Source: an uncultured Actinomycetota bacterium (lineage in GTDB: Bacteria; Actinomycetota; Actinomycetes; CAVWCF01). From it: DNA of 64,000 bases. The stretch is taken from assembly GCA_963753435.1 (NCBI GenBank), contig CAVWCF010000001.1:1504001-1568000 (forward strand), in the 5' to 3' direction. The notes beneath the pieces were generated by a model that saw only the letters and a list, made by a program, of their open reading frames with translations, ran no database searches and was not told the origin of the DNA. A program made the translations under genes and the position numbers. Position 1 is the first letter of the stretch. Each line of letters starts with the position of its first letter. Below, one piece after another: positions 1 through 9,014 of this stretch.

Positions 1-290
1 GCCGTGGGGGCGCTGGGCAGGAGGGCGAGGGCGCGATCCTCAGTTCGGGTAAGCCGGTAGCCGACCACGATTCCGAACACCCCGAGGAAGAAGGCACCGG
101 ACACGTGGTCGCCAAGCGTGTAGTAACTGTTGGGCGCGTCGTCGGACATGGCGATCGCTGTGAACGAAAGAAGTGCCAGCGGTACCAGGAACAGAGGGTG
201 GCTGGCGTAGCGCTTGGCCTGGATCCAGGTCAGTTGGCGCAGGACAGCCCGCTCGTCGGCGGGGGTCCGGGTTTGCGTCGAAACAGTCAT
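1..290 (-). CDS. ABC exporter permease-like membrane protein, 5' part (runs off window); paralog of 300..1214
   Basis: Manual translation MTVSTQTRTPADERAVLRQLTWIQAKRYASHPLF...YRLTRTEDRALALLPS shares near-identical motifs with the neighbouring gene. Confidence 0.8.
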   Translation of the reverse strand, partial: MTVSTQTRTPADERAVLRQLTWIQAKRYASHPLFLVPLALLSFTAIAMSDDAPNSYYTLGDHVSGAFFLGVFGIVVGYRLTRTEDRALALLPSAPT

Positions 291-299
291 TGATCGCCC

Positions 300-1214
300 C
301 TATCCGAACAGTGCCCAGGTCAGCGACAGCGATGCTCCGATCGCGCAGATCCAGCCGATCGAGACCCACCGCCGGCGCACCGCGCCCTCGGCAACGCGGA
401 TCATGGCCGCCCAACACGCGAGACCCGACAGGAAGAACGCGTAGAGCATGTGCCCGACTTGCGAGCCATCGCGGACGGCGGCCAACTCACACCCGAACTG
501 TTCCCCAGTTTCGCCGCCTCCTTCGCAGGTGACGACCGCGTACGACGTCCAGGGCATCGTGGTCGCGGCCGCCTGCAACGCCACCACGTCTTCGCGGGCA
601 CCTTCGCCGGCGTCAGTCTGGCTCGCGGCACCGGATGCGACGGCCACGATGACCGTCAGCAGTACGGCGACGAGCACACCAGCCCCGGGGAAGCGAAGCC
701 AACGTGCGGCCGCGACACCCAAGGCCGGCCCGCCGAAGGATGCGATGACGATTCCGTCGAGCAGCACGACCGCCGCCACGCCCGGCCCGCCAATCGCGTC
801 GACGAGCCCGGGGTAGGGCGCCCAAACGGTGTACGCCACCAGCCGCAAGAGGAGGTAGCCGAGTGCCGCTGCGGCCGGCACTAGGCACGCACCGAGCAGA
901 GCCAGCGTGCGAGTGCTGGCACTTACCGGCGTGCTCGGCAGCAGGGCGAGTGCGCGGTCCTCGGTCCGCGTCAACCGGTAGCTGACCACCAGACCGAGCA
1001 CGCCAAGAAGGAACGCCGCCTGCCAGCCCGCGGCCGCGAACGTCGAAGGGTCAGTGGGTGCGTCGTTCGCAATGGCCGCGAATCCGACGAGCAGCAGGAC
1101 GACGCCGATGATGAACAGCGGGTGCGTCGCGTAGCGCTTGGCGTGGATCCAGGTCAGTTGGCGCAGGACGGCCCGCTCATCGACGGTGTTGCTGGCTACC
1201 GTCGAGGTGCTCAT
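300..1214 (-). CDS. ABC exporter permease-like membrane protein
   Basis: Multiple hydrophobic segments; start MSTSTV overlaps the ATPase stop (ATGA). Confidence 0.8.
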   Translation of the reverse strand: MSTSTVASNTVDERAVLRQLTWIHAKRYATHPLFIIGVVLLLVGFAAIANDAPTDPSTFAAAGWQAAFLLGVLGLVVSYRLTRTEDRALALLPSTPVSASTRTLALLGACLVPAAAALGYLLLRLVAYTVWAPYPGLVDAIGGPGVAAVVLLDGIVIASFGGPALGVAAARWLRFPGAGVLVAVLLTVIVAVASGAASQTDAGEGAREDVVALQAAATTMPWTSYAVVTCEGGGETGEQFGCELAAVRDGSQVGHMLYAFFLSGLACWAAMIRVAEGAVRRRWVSIGWICAIGASLSLTWALFG

Positions 1215-2068
1215 GCGGTGACCTCGACCCGCTCCCCGCGCATCAACAGGTAGGCGTCCTCCAGCGTCGGCTCCACCAGTTCCGCGCCCACCGGAGCGGT
1301 GCCGACGTGCCGGAAGCGGCCTGTGCCGGTTCGCCACTGCGCCAACGCCGACGGGTCGGGGGAGTCGGCCATCCACACGTTGCCGGTCGCCGTGCTCACC
1401 AGGTCGATCACCCCACCGTCGAACATGATCCGACCGGAGTCCATGACTACGACCCGGTCACACAGAGCGGCGACGTCTTCGGTCTGATGCGTGGACACCA
1501 GGACGGTTGCGTGCTGGCCCAGCCCGGAGAGGATCGTGCGCAGGCTCGCCCGTTGCTCCGGGTCCAGGCCGGTCGTCGGCTCATCGAGGATGAGCAGTTC
1601 CGGTGTTCCCAGGAGCGCCTGAGCCATTCCGAGTCGACGCCGCATGCCACCGGACAAACGCCGGATCTTCTTGGCGGAGACGTCGGCAAGGCCGACCGCT
1701 TCCAGAGCCCGACGCACCTCGGCGTGCCGCGACGCCTTGTCGTCCCACTCCTTCAGCACGGCCATGTAGTCCACGAAGCCGAACGCGGTGAACCCGCGCG
1801 GGAATCCCAGCTCCTGGGGGAGGTAGCCAAGTCGCCTGCGGACCTCGGTGCGCTCCGACAGGGAGGAGATGTCGCGGCCGAGCAGGCGAACATCGCCGGC
1901 ATCCGGGGCGAGCACAGTTGACGCGACGCGCAGCAGCGTCGTCTTGCCGGCGCCGTTGGGACCGAGCAGCCCGGTCACACCGGGACGCAACACCAGCGAG
2001 ACGTTGTCCAGGGCGGTCGTGGAACGGAAGCGTTGGGTCACATTCGTGAGCTCGGCGGTGCCGTTCAT
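1211..2068 (-). CDS. ABC transporter ATP-binding protein
   Basis: Walker A GPNGAGKT, signature LSGGM, Walker B LILDEP, H-loop STH. Confidence 0.95.
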   Translation of the reverse strand: MNGTAELTNVTQRFRSTTALDNVSLVLRPGVTGLLGPNGAGKTTLLRVASTVLAPDAGDVRLLGRDISSLSERTEVRRRLGYLPQELGFPRGFTAFGFVDYMAVLKEWDDKASRHAEVRRALEAVGLADVSAKKIRRLSGGMRRRLGMAQALLGTPELLILDEPTTGLDPEQRASLRTILSGLGQHATVLVSTHQTEDVAALCDRVVVMDSGRIMFDGGVIDLVSTATGNVWMADSPDPSALAQWRTGTGRFRHVGTAPVGAELVEPTLEDAYLLMRGERVEVTA

Positions 2069-2898
2069 CCGATCCTCCAGTCAGTTGCCAAGTGCTTGAG
2101 CCGGGTGGTGAAGACGAGCCCGGCGACCAGGGCGATCACCGTGTACGTCACTAGTGCTGTCGTGTCGTACAGCGCCGACGGTTCCCGGCGGACCAGTGCC
2201 GGAAGGCTGACGGCGAGCCAGACCGCGGCGATTCCGGTCGCGGCGTAGGTGGGCGGCATGTACGTCGCCGCGGCCAGGGTCGTCAGCACGAAAGCCAGGG
2301 CCGGCAGTAGCCACACGACGGACAGCCACCACGGCCCCTCGATCGGAACTGCCGCCGCGATCGTCAGCGGCACGCAGGTCGCAACGACAAGACCGGTGCG
2401 CATCAGCAGCAGCCGGATCTTGGAGTACGGCGCGGACAGCGTGATCTCATGCGTCGGATCCGTCTCGGCGCCGTAGGCGGCCGCAACGCCAGCCATCGGC
2501 AGCAGCGGCGCGGCCAGGATCAGCAGCGAGAGCGCTCTGGTCGGCGTCCACAGCGCAGCGCTGATGCTGAACAACCCGACCAGCGCGATGGCCGTCAGCC
2601 AGGCACCGGTCAACGCGGGCGAGGTGGACAGCAGGATCGCGTCGGTCTCCTTGATTCCTAGGCGCCGGAGTGCGCGGCCGACCGGATTCAACTGTTGCGG
2701 CTCAATCTGTTCGCGGATGGCCATCCAGGTGTCGTCCAGTTCCGGGGCCAGCACCGGGCCCGGTTGCTGAACCGCGACCGCGGCACGGCATTGCGGGCAG
2801 GACATCAGGTGCTGCTCGACCGACGCCGACATGGCCATGGTTGTGGTTCCCTCGACCCAGGCGCGCAGCGCCGGCTCGGGGACGTGCCAATCGCTCAT
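2065..2898 (-). CDS. zf-HC2 (ZAS) anti-sigma factor-like membrane protein
   Basis: N-terminal HLMSCPQC (HxxxCxxC) followed by several TM helices; coupled to ECF sigma gene. Confidence 0.88.
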   Translation of the reverse strand: MSDWHVPEPALRAWVEGTTTMAMSASVEQHLMSCPQCRAAVAVQQPGPVLAPELDDTWMAIREQIEPQQLNPVGRALRRLGIKETDAILLSTSPALTGAWLTAIALVGLFSISAALWTPTRALSLLILAAPLLPMAGVAAAYGAETDPTHEITLSAPYSKIRLLLMRTGLVVATCVPLTIAAAVPIEGPWWLSVVWLLPALAFVLTTLAAATYMPPTYAATGIAAVWLAVSLPALVRREPSALYDTTALVTYTVIALVAGLVFTTRLKHLATDWRIG

Positions 2899-3443
2899 GT
2901 CAGACCTCCCGCCAGAGTGGCTCGCATCTGCTGCTTTGCGCGCATGGCGCGGGTCTTCACCGTGCCCTCGGGGATGCCGAGCAATCTGGACGCCTCCTTG
3001 GTGGTCAAGCCGTCCAACACCGTCGCCTGCATGACCGCACGGAACTCCGGCGACAGTTGGGCCATGGCAGCGCCGACGTCGCCGTACTCCACCCCGAGCA
3101 GAACCAGGTCCTCAGCGGCCGGCTCCCGGCCGGTGTCGACCTCATCCAGAAGCTGCGCGGCGACCTTGCGGCCGCGCAGGTGCGAGATGAGGCGGCGGAT
3201 CCCGATGCCCCACAGCCAAGCGGCGACGTCGCCGTCGCCGCGGAACCGTTTGGCGCCCTTCCAGGCCGCTACGAAGGTGTCCTGCAGCACGTCCGCCACC
3301 ACCTCCGGGTCGTTGCACCGACGCCGCAGCCGCACGGTGAGCCAGGGTGCGTGCGCCTCGTAGAGCAGCCGCAACGCTCCGGCGTCGCCGTCCGCCACCG
3401 CAGCCAGCAGGTCGCGGTCGGAACGGATCGGTAGATCCCCCAC
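2895..3443 (-). CDS. ECF RNA polymerase sigma factor
   Basis: Region 2 (DVLQDTFVAAW, WLWGI) and region 4 (LGIPEGTVKTRAMRA); GTG at 3443 preferred over the longer ORF. Confidence 0.92.
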   Translation of the reverse strand: MGDLPIRSDRDLLAAVADGDAGALRLLYEAHAPWLTVRLRRRCNDPEVVADVLQDTFVAAWKGAKRFRGDGDVAAWLWGIGIRRLISHLRGRKVAAQLLDEVDTGREPAAEDLVLLGVEYGDVGAAMAQLSPEFRAVMQATVLDGLTTKEASRLLGIPEGTVKTRAMRAKQQMRATLAGGLT

Positions 3444-3450
3444 GTCCGGA

Positions 3451-3479
3451 TTGTCGCGACCGGGGGGCGGTTCGGTTCC
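3451..3479 (-). promoter_or_regulatory. Putative ECF-type autoregulatory promoter GGAACC-N17-CGAC
   Basis: Minus strand GGAACC-17 nt-CGACAA lies 7 nt before the GTG of the sigma gene. Confidence 0.45.
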
Positions 3480-3526
3480 CCACTTGCCCGATTGGGTTGC
3501 CTCGATCGCCTGCTGCCGCTGGACCC

Positions 3527-3583
3527 GCGCGGAACCGCAACATTTGCGCGGAACCGCAACCTCTGCGCGGAATCGCATCTGGT
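3527..3583. repeat. Three tandem 19-bp direct repeats (GCGCGGAA[C/T]CGCA...)
   Basis: GCGCGGAACCGCAACATTT / GCGCGGAACCGCAACCTCT / GCGCGGAATCGCATCTGGT. Confidence 0.85.
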
Positions 3584-3825
3584 CCGGGTGCGATTCGGCT
3601 TCCAGGTTGCTCTCTGGCCCCACGTAGGCAGCCCGAAACGGCCGTCCAGAAGTCACCGAAACGTCGGGTACGATTTGTCAGACGTTTACGCGACTTGGTG
3701 ATCATTTCGGTCGTGACAGACGTACTCAGGCCCCTCCGAGCCCTGATGCGCAGGTGGCGGATGGCGGATCCTGGTCGAACCCTTCTTGACCAGGACCGCC
3801 GCCGCCAGGTGGAGCGGGACGCGGG

Positions 3826-4606
3826 CTAGTCGAACGGCCGGCGGTCGCGCAGTACCGGGAACTCCGCACGCCAGCGGCGGGTTTCGCCCAGGTCGAGGTC
3901 GGCGGTGATCACCTCGGGATCCGTGCCTGCTTCGGCGACGACTTCGCCGCGCGCGTCCACGATCGCGGAACGGCCCCCAAGCACGACCCGGCCCTGCTGT
4001 CCCACCGTGTTGCACCCGACGACGACCGCTTGGTTCTCGATCGCCCGGGCGCGCAGCAGCACCGACCAGTGTGAGATGCGCCGCTGCGGCCAGGCGGCCG
4101 GCACCAGGATGAGTTCGGCGCCGGCGTCGGTAAGTGCGCGGAACAACTCGGGGAAGCGCAGGTCGTAGCAGGTGGCCAAGCCGATGATGCCCAGATCCGT
4201 ATTGGCCGTCACCACCTGCGTGCCGGCGGTGAGCAACTCTGGCTCCCCGGTGTCGAAACCGAACAAGTGGATCTTGCGATACGTCGCGGCCAGCGAACCG
4301 TCCGGTGCGAACAGCAACGAAGTGTTGTGCAACTGGCCCTGGTCGGTTCGTTCGAGGATGGAACCTCCGTGCACCCAGCAGCCCAGGTCGCGAGCCGCAG
4401 CCGATAAGGCAGCGGCAGTGGGTCCGTCCAGCGGCTCGGCTCGCTGCTGCCAGTGCTCGTACTCGAACCCACCGGCAGGCCACAACTCCGGCAGGACGAC
4501 CAGGTCGGCGCCCCGCTGCTTGCGCAACCAATGCCAGCGTCGAATCCAGCAGACCGGCTGGGCCCAGCGAATAGTCGGGGCCCAGTTGAACAAGCGCCAC
4601 TCGCAT
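3826..4606 (-). CDS. Carbon-nitrogen hydrolase (nitrilase family), apparent frameshift near 4518
   Basis: MRVALVQL in one frame; VVLPELW, YRKIHLF and ATCYDLRFPE (E-K-C triad) in the next. Confidence 0.88.
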
Positions 4607-4661
4607 GGCGGCAGTCTCGCGCATTCGCTAGGTTTCCGACTGTCGCTAGGAAGGAGCGGTT

Positions 4662-5063
4662 ATGGACCTGGGCCCGCTGGAAATGGTGGTCATCGCATTC
4701 CCTGAAGAACGCGTAGACCCCTCGGTCGTTTCGGAGTTCGCCGACGTCGTGGCGGCCGGAGCCGTGACCGTCATCGACTTGGTAATGGTCCGCAAGTCGG
4801 GCGATGGGTCGATGCAGATCGAGGAGTTCGACGTCGCCGAGGGCGATGGTGAAAGCTTGTCCGAGCGTGTCGACCTGGTCTCGGCGGAAGACTGTGAGGC
4901 GGTCGCCGAAGGCCTCGAACCCGGAACCTGTGCGGCGGTGATCGTCTTCGAACAGACCTGGGCCAAACCGTTCGCCGCTGCCGTGTCTCGCGCCGGCGGC
5001 GAGGTCGCCGCTCGGCTGGCCATCCCGTATGACGTCGTCCAGGCCGCAGCCGCGGCCGTCTGA
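4662..5063 (+). CDS. DUF6325-like small acidic protein
   Basis: MDLGPLEMVVIAFP...VIDLVMVRK...FEQTWA pattern; AAGGAG RBS; paired with a SHOCT gene. Confidence 0.75.
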   Translation: MDLGPLEMVVIAFPEERVDPSVVSEFADVVAAGAVTVIDLVMVRKSGDGSMQIEEFDVAEGDGESLSERVDLVSAEDCEAVAEGLEPGTCAAVIVFEQTWAKPFAAAVSRAGGEVAARLAIPYDVVQAAAAAV

Positions 5064-5074
5064 GAGGAGACCTA

Positions 5075-5392
5075 ATGCCCCGTCGAGTGGGACGCCCCGG
5101 CCTCGTGGGCACCATGGCCCGTACTGCCGTGGTCGCCGGCACCGCCAGCGCCACGGTGAACGCTGTGAACCGTCGGTCCGCTGGCAAGCAGCAGCAGGCC
5201 GCCGACGCTGCCGCCTACCAGCAGCAGGCGCAGGCCGAACAGATGCAGGCCATGCAAGCGCCGGTGGCGCCAGCAGCGCCAGCAGAGGACCCGGCGACGG
5301 CGAAACTGAAGGAGTTGGCGTCGTTGCACGCCTCCGGAATCCTGAGCGATGAGGAGTTCGCGGCCGCAAAGGCCAAAGCGCTAGGAATCTGA
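5075..5392 (+). CDS. SHOCT domain protein
   Basis: ARTAVVAGTA N-terminus; C-terminal LKELASLHASGILSDEEFAAAKAKAL. Confidence 0.88.
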   Translation: MPRRVGRPGLVGTMARTAVVAGTASATVNAVNRRSAGKQQQAADAAAYQQQAQAEQMQAMQAPVAPAAPAEDPATAKLKELASLHASGILSDEEFAAAKAKALGI

Positions 5393-5461
5393 GCGGGCGC
5401 GCCTCGCCGCAGTAATCGGGCGGCGAACTTGGCGCCCATAGTTGTGTCGCAACGTCCGCGG

Positions 5462-6862
5462 CTAGAACGTCGAGCCGAGGGCGGGGTCGGCGAGCAGCGC
5501 GGCCACGTCGGCGAGGAATCGCGACCCGCGGGCGCCGTCGATGAATCGGTGGTCGAAGGACAGCGTCAACTGCGCGACCATCCGCGGCCGGACCTTGCCC
5601 TTGTGCACCCAGGCTCGTTCGCGCCACGCGCCTGCGGCCAGGATCGCCGCCTCGCCGGGGTTGATCAGTGGCGTGCCGCCATCCACACCGAACACACCGA
5701 TGTTGGTGATGGTGAATGTCGAGCCGCTCAGTTGCGCCGGAGTGAGGCGATCCTCCCGTGCGGACCGAACGAGTTCGTCCAAAGCAGTGGCTAACTCCGG
5801 CAGGGACAACCGGTCCGCACGCGGCACATGCGGCACGACCAACCCGCGTGGACCTGCGACCGCGATCCCCAGGTTCACCTCGTCCCGGATGACCACCTCG
5901 GAAGCTTCGGAATCGAAGTAGGCGTTGATCTCCGGCGTTCGCCTTACCGCCTGCAAACAGGCGCGGGCAACCAGCAGCAGCGGTGAAATGTGGTGGCCGG
6001 CGAATCCGGGGGTGTTCCGCAACCGGCGCAGCAGCTTGGTGGCGCGGGTCACGTCCACCTCGACCCACTCGGTGACGTGGGGGATGGTGAAGGCCGACTC
6101 GACCATGGCCTCGGCCATGCGCCGCTGCACCCCGCGGACCGGGATGCGTCGTTCGGGGACCGCGCTGATGGTCCCGATGAGGGGCTCGTCCCGGATCGCC
6201 GGGACCGGCGCCGCAGCCGCTTGTTGCTCCGCGGCCACAAACGTTGGTGTCGCCTGCTCCTGTGCTGACCGCCCCGCGGCCGCTTCGACATCCTCGCGGG
6301 TGACGATGCCCTCCGGTCCGGTCGCAGTGACGTCGCCCAAGTCGACGCCAAGCTCCTTCGCCCGGCGTCGTACCGGCGGCTTGGCCCGCACGGTCTCCAC
6401 ATGCCGGGCGGCGGCGGCCGCCACCTCGGCGCCGCCGTGGCGGACCGGCTGATCGGTTCGCACTGCCTGACCGAGGCGCCGACGTCGACGGGTGCCGCTG
6501 CCGACGACGCCGTAACCAACGAGCAGCGGGCCGCTGCCCTCACTCTGGTCCTCCGTGGTTGGCGAGGCTTCCGGCACCGTCGCCGGCGCCGGGGCAGCGT
6601 CTGCACTCTTCTCGGCGGCCGGCTGCGTCGTGTCAATGCTGATCAGCGGCGCACCGACCGGCACCACTTCACCGACAGCGGCACGCAGTTCGGCAACCAC
6701 TCCCGCGAACGGGCTGGGTAGTTCGACTGCCGCCTTCGCGGTCTCCACTTCGACCAACGGCTGGTTGACGACGACCTCGTCGCCAACGTCGACCAACCAA
6801 CGCAGGACCTCGCCGTCGGTGAGGCCCTCACCGACATCGGGAAGCAGAAACACCTGTCGCAT
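5462..6862 (-). CDS. pdhC: Dihydrolipoamide acyltransferase E2 (pyruvate or branched-chain 2-oxoacid dehydrogenase)
   Basis: Lipoyl motif EVETAKA, E3-binding AKPPVRRRAKELGVDL, catalytic FDHRFIDG. Confidence 0.93.
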   Translation of the reverse strand: MRQVFLLPDVGEGLTDGEVLRWLVDVGDEVVVNQPLVEVETAKAAVELPSPFAGVVAELRAAVGEVVPVGAPLISIDTTQPAAEKSADAAPAPATVPEASPTTEDQSEGSGPLLVGYGVVGSGTRRRRRLGQAVRTDQPVRHGGAEVAAAAARHVETVRAKPPVRRRAKELGVDLGDVTATGPEGIVTREDVEAAAGRSAQEQATPTFVAAEQQAAAAPVPAIRDEPLIGTISAVPERRIPVRGVQRRMAEAMVESAFTIPHVTEWVEVDVTRATKLLRRLRNTPGFAGHHISPLLLVARACLQAVRRTPEINAYFDSEASEVVIRDEVNLGIAVAGPRGLVVPHVPRADRLSLPELATALDELVRSAREDRLTPAQLSGSTFTITNIGVFGVDGGTPLINPGEAAILAAGAWRERAWVHKGKVRPRMVAQLTLSFDHRFIDGARGSRFLADVAALLADPALGSTF

Positions 6863-6867
6863 CGGAA

Positions 6868-7849
6868 TCAGTACGCCATGGCCCGGTCGACTCCGTCCAG
6901 GATTCGGTCCAAATCCGGAAGGTAGTGCTTCTCAATGCGGCTCGGGGGGTAGGGCACGTCCCAACCGCCGACGCGGATCACCGGAGCCTGGAGGTTGTAG
7001 AAGCACTCCTCATGCACCCGGGCGGCGACCTCGGCACCCAGACCGAGGAACACCGGCGCCTCGTGGACCACGACGCAGCGACCGGTGCTCGTAACGCTGT
7101 CGGTCACCGTCTCCAGGTCCAGCGGTGACAGCGAACGCAGGTCGACCACCTCGATGTCGACGCCGTCCTCGGCGGCGGCTTCGGCCGCCTCCAGGCAGGT
7201 GCGCACCATCGGTCCGTAGGCGATGACGGTGACGTCGGTGCCGGTGCGGACCACCTGCGCACGGTGCAGCTCAGGTGCCGCAGCCAGCGGCGCATCCACG
7301 TCCACGTCGGCCTTGTCCCAGTACCGCCGCTTCGGCTCCAAGAACACAACCGGATCCGCGCTGGCCACTGACTGTTGAATCATCCAATAGGCATCCGCCG
7401 GGTTCGCCGGCGTGACCACGCGCAAGCCCGGCGTGTGCGCGAAGTAGGCCTCCGGGCTTTCGGAGTGGTGTTCCACCGCGCCGATTCCACCGCCGTAGGG
7501 GATGCGGATCGTGACCGGCAGACGGGACGCTGCCGCCGGAGCGCGCGTGCATCTTGGCCAACTGGCTGGTGATCTGGTCGAACGCGACGTACACGAAGCC
7601 GTCGAACTGAATCTCGCACACCGGTCGGTAGCCGCGGATCGCCAGCCCGATCGCGGTGCCCACGATGCTGCTTTCGGCCAACGGGGTGTCGATGACCCGG
7701 TGGTCGCCGAACGCCTGCTGCAGGCCATCGGTAACTCGGAACACGCCGCCCAGTCGGCCGATGTCCTCACCCATGAGCAGCACGCGGTCGTCGTGCTCCA
7801 GGCTGCGGCGCAGACCGTGGTTGATGGCTTGCGCGAGCGTCAGCTCCAC
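6868..7849 (-). CDS. pdhB: 2-oxoacid dehydrogenase E1 beta subunit, apparent frameshift near 7525
   Basis: GEDIGRLGGVFRVTDGL...DTPLAE in one frame; GAVEHHSESPE...VVDLRSLSPLD in another. Confidence 0.92.
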
Positions 7850-7852
7850 GGC

Positions 7853-8977
7853 TCAGCCCTCGTCGTCCACGAATGACGCCAGGTACTGCGCGTACTGGTC
7901 CCGTTCGGCGTCAACCAGCGGGTGGGGCTCGGAGTAGATGTCGGTGAACATGTCCAACGGCTCGGGGTCCGGTAAGGCGCGGACCGCGTCGCGCAGCCGC
8001 ACCGCCAGCGCCTCGGCCTCGGCGTCGACCGCGGCTATCCCGTCGGAGTCGACCAGGCCGTTCTTGAAGAGGAATGAGCGCATCCGTTCCAGCGGATCGC
8101 GCAGGCGCCAACGTTCGACGTCGGAACTCAGGCGATAGCGGGTGGGGTCGTCCGATGTCGTGTGCGCGCCCATCCGGTAGGTGAAGGCCTCGATGAGGTG
8201 CGGCCCGCCGGTGCCGCGCACTTCGTCCAGCACCTGCCGGGTCACGGCCAAGGTGGCCAGCACGTCATTGCCGTCCACCCGGACCCCCGGGAAGCCAAAG
8301 CCGTTGGCCCGCCGGTACAGCGGGATGCGTGTCTGCCGTTCCAGCGGCTCGGAGATGGCCCATTGGTTGTTCTGGCAGAAGAACAGCACCGGCGCGTTGA
8401 AGACGCTGGCCCAGATGAACGACTCGTTGACGTCGCCTTGGCTGGAGGCGCCGTCCCCGAAGAAGACCATCGCGGCCTCGTCGGTCCCCTCCATTGCCGC
8501 GCCCATGGCCCAACCGACGGCCTGCGGGCACTGGTCGCCGATGACGATCGTGTAGAGCGCAAACCGGTGTTCAACCGGGTCCCAGCCGCCGTTGGTGGTC
8601 CCACGGAACAGCCCCAGCAGCGTGAGCGGGTCCACGTCCCGGCACCACGCGACCCCGTGCTCGCGGTACGTGGGAAAGATGAAGTCCTGCGGCGCTGCGG
8701 CCCGACCGGCGCCGACTTGAGCTGCCTCCTGACCCAGCAGGCTGGCCCACAGCCCGAGTTCCCCCTGACGCTGCAGCGCCGTGGCTTCGGTGTCGATGCG
8801 CCGGACCAGGACCAGGTCCCGATAAAGCGACCGGTATTCGTCGTCGGTCAGGGACACGTCGTACTGCGGGTGGTGGACTCGCTCGCCCTCCGGGGTGAGC
8901 AACTGGACCAGTTCGGCGGGGGTGCCGGTGTCCACGAGCCCACTGAACCACCGCTGGTCGCCCTGGGGAAGGTCCAC
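7853..8977 (-). CDS. pdhA: 2-oxoacid dehydrogenase E1 alpha subunit (pdhA/bkdA type)
   Basis: TPP motif FFGDGASSQGD...QNNQWAIS; YRMGAHTTSDDP. Confidence 0.93.
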   Translation of the reverse strand: MDLPQGDQRWFSGLVDTGTPAELVQLLTPEGERVHHPQYDVSLTDDEYRSLYRDLVLVRRIDTEATALQRQGELGLWASLLGQEAAQVGAGRAAAPQDFIFPTYREHGVAWCRDVDPLTLLGLFRGTTNGGWDPVEHRFALYTIVIGDQCPQAVGWAMGAAMEGTDEAAMVFFGDGASSQGDVNESFIWASVFNAPVLFFCQNNQWAISEPLERQTRIPLYRRANGFGFPGVRVDGNDVLATLAVTRQVLDEVRGTGGPHLIEAFTYRMGAHTTSDDPTRYRLSSDVERWRLRDPLERMRSFLFKNGLVDSDGIAAVDAEAEALAVRLRDAVRALPDPEPLDMFTDIYSEPHPLVDAERDQYAQYLASFVDDEG

Positions 8978-9014
8978 CGCCCGCGCGCCGGTGCCGGAGC
9001 GTCAGTACGGAACA

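Noticed and set aside
3527-3583. Possible mini-CRISPR
   Set aside because: The 19-bp units are directly tandem with no spacers, and there are no cas genes.
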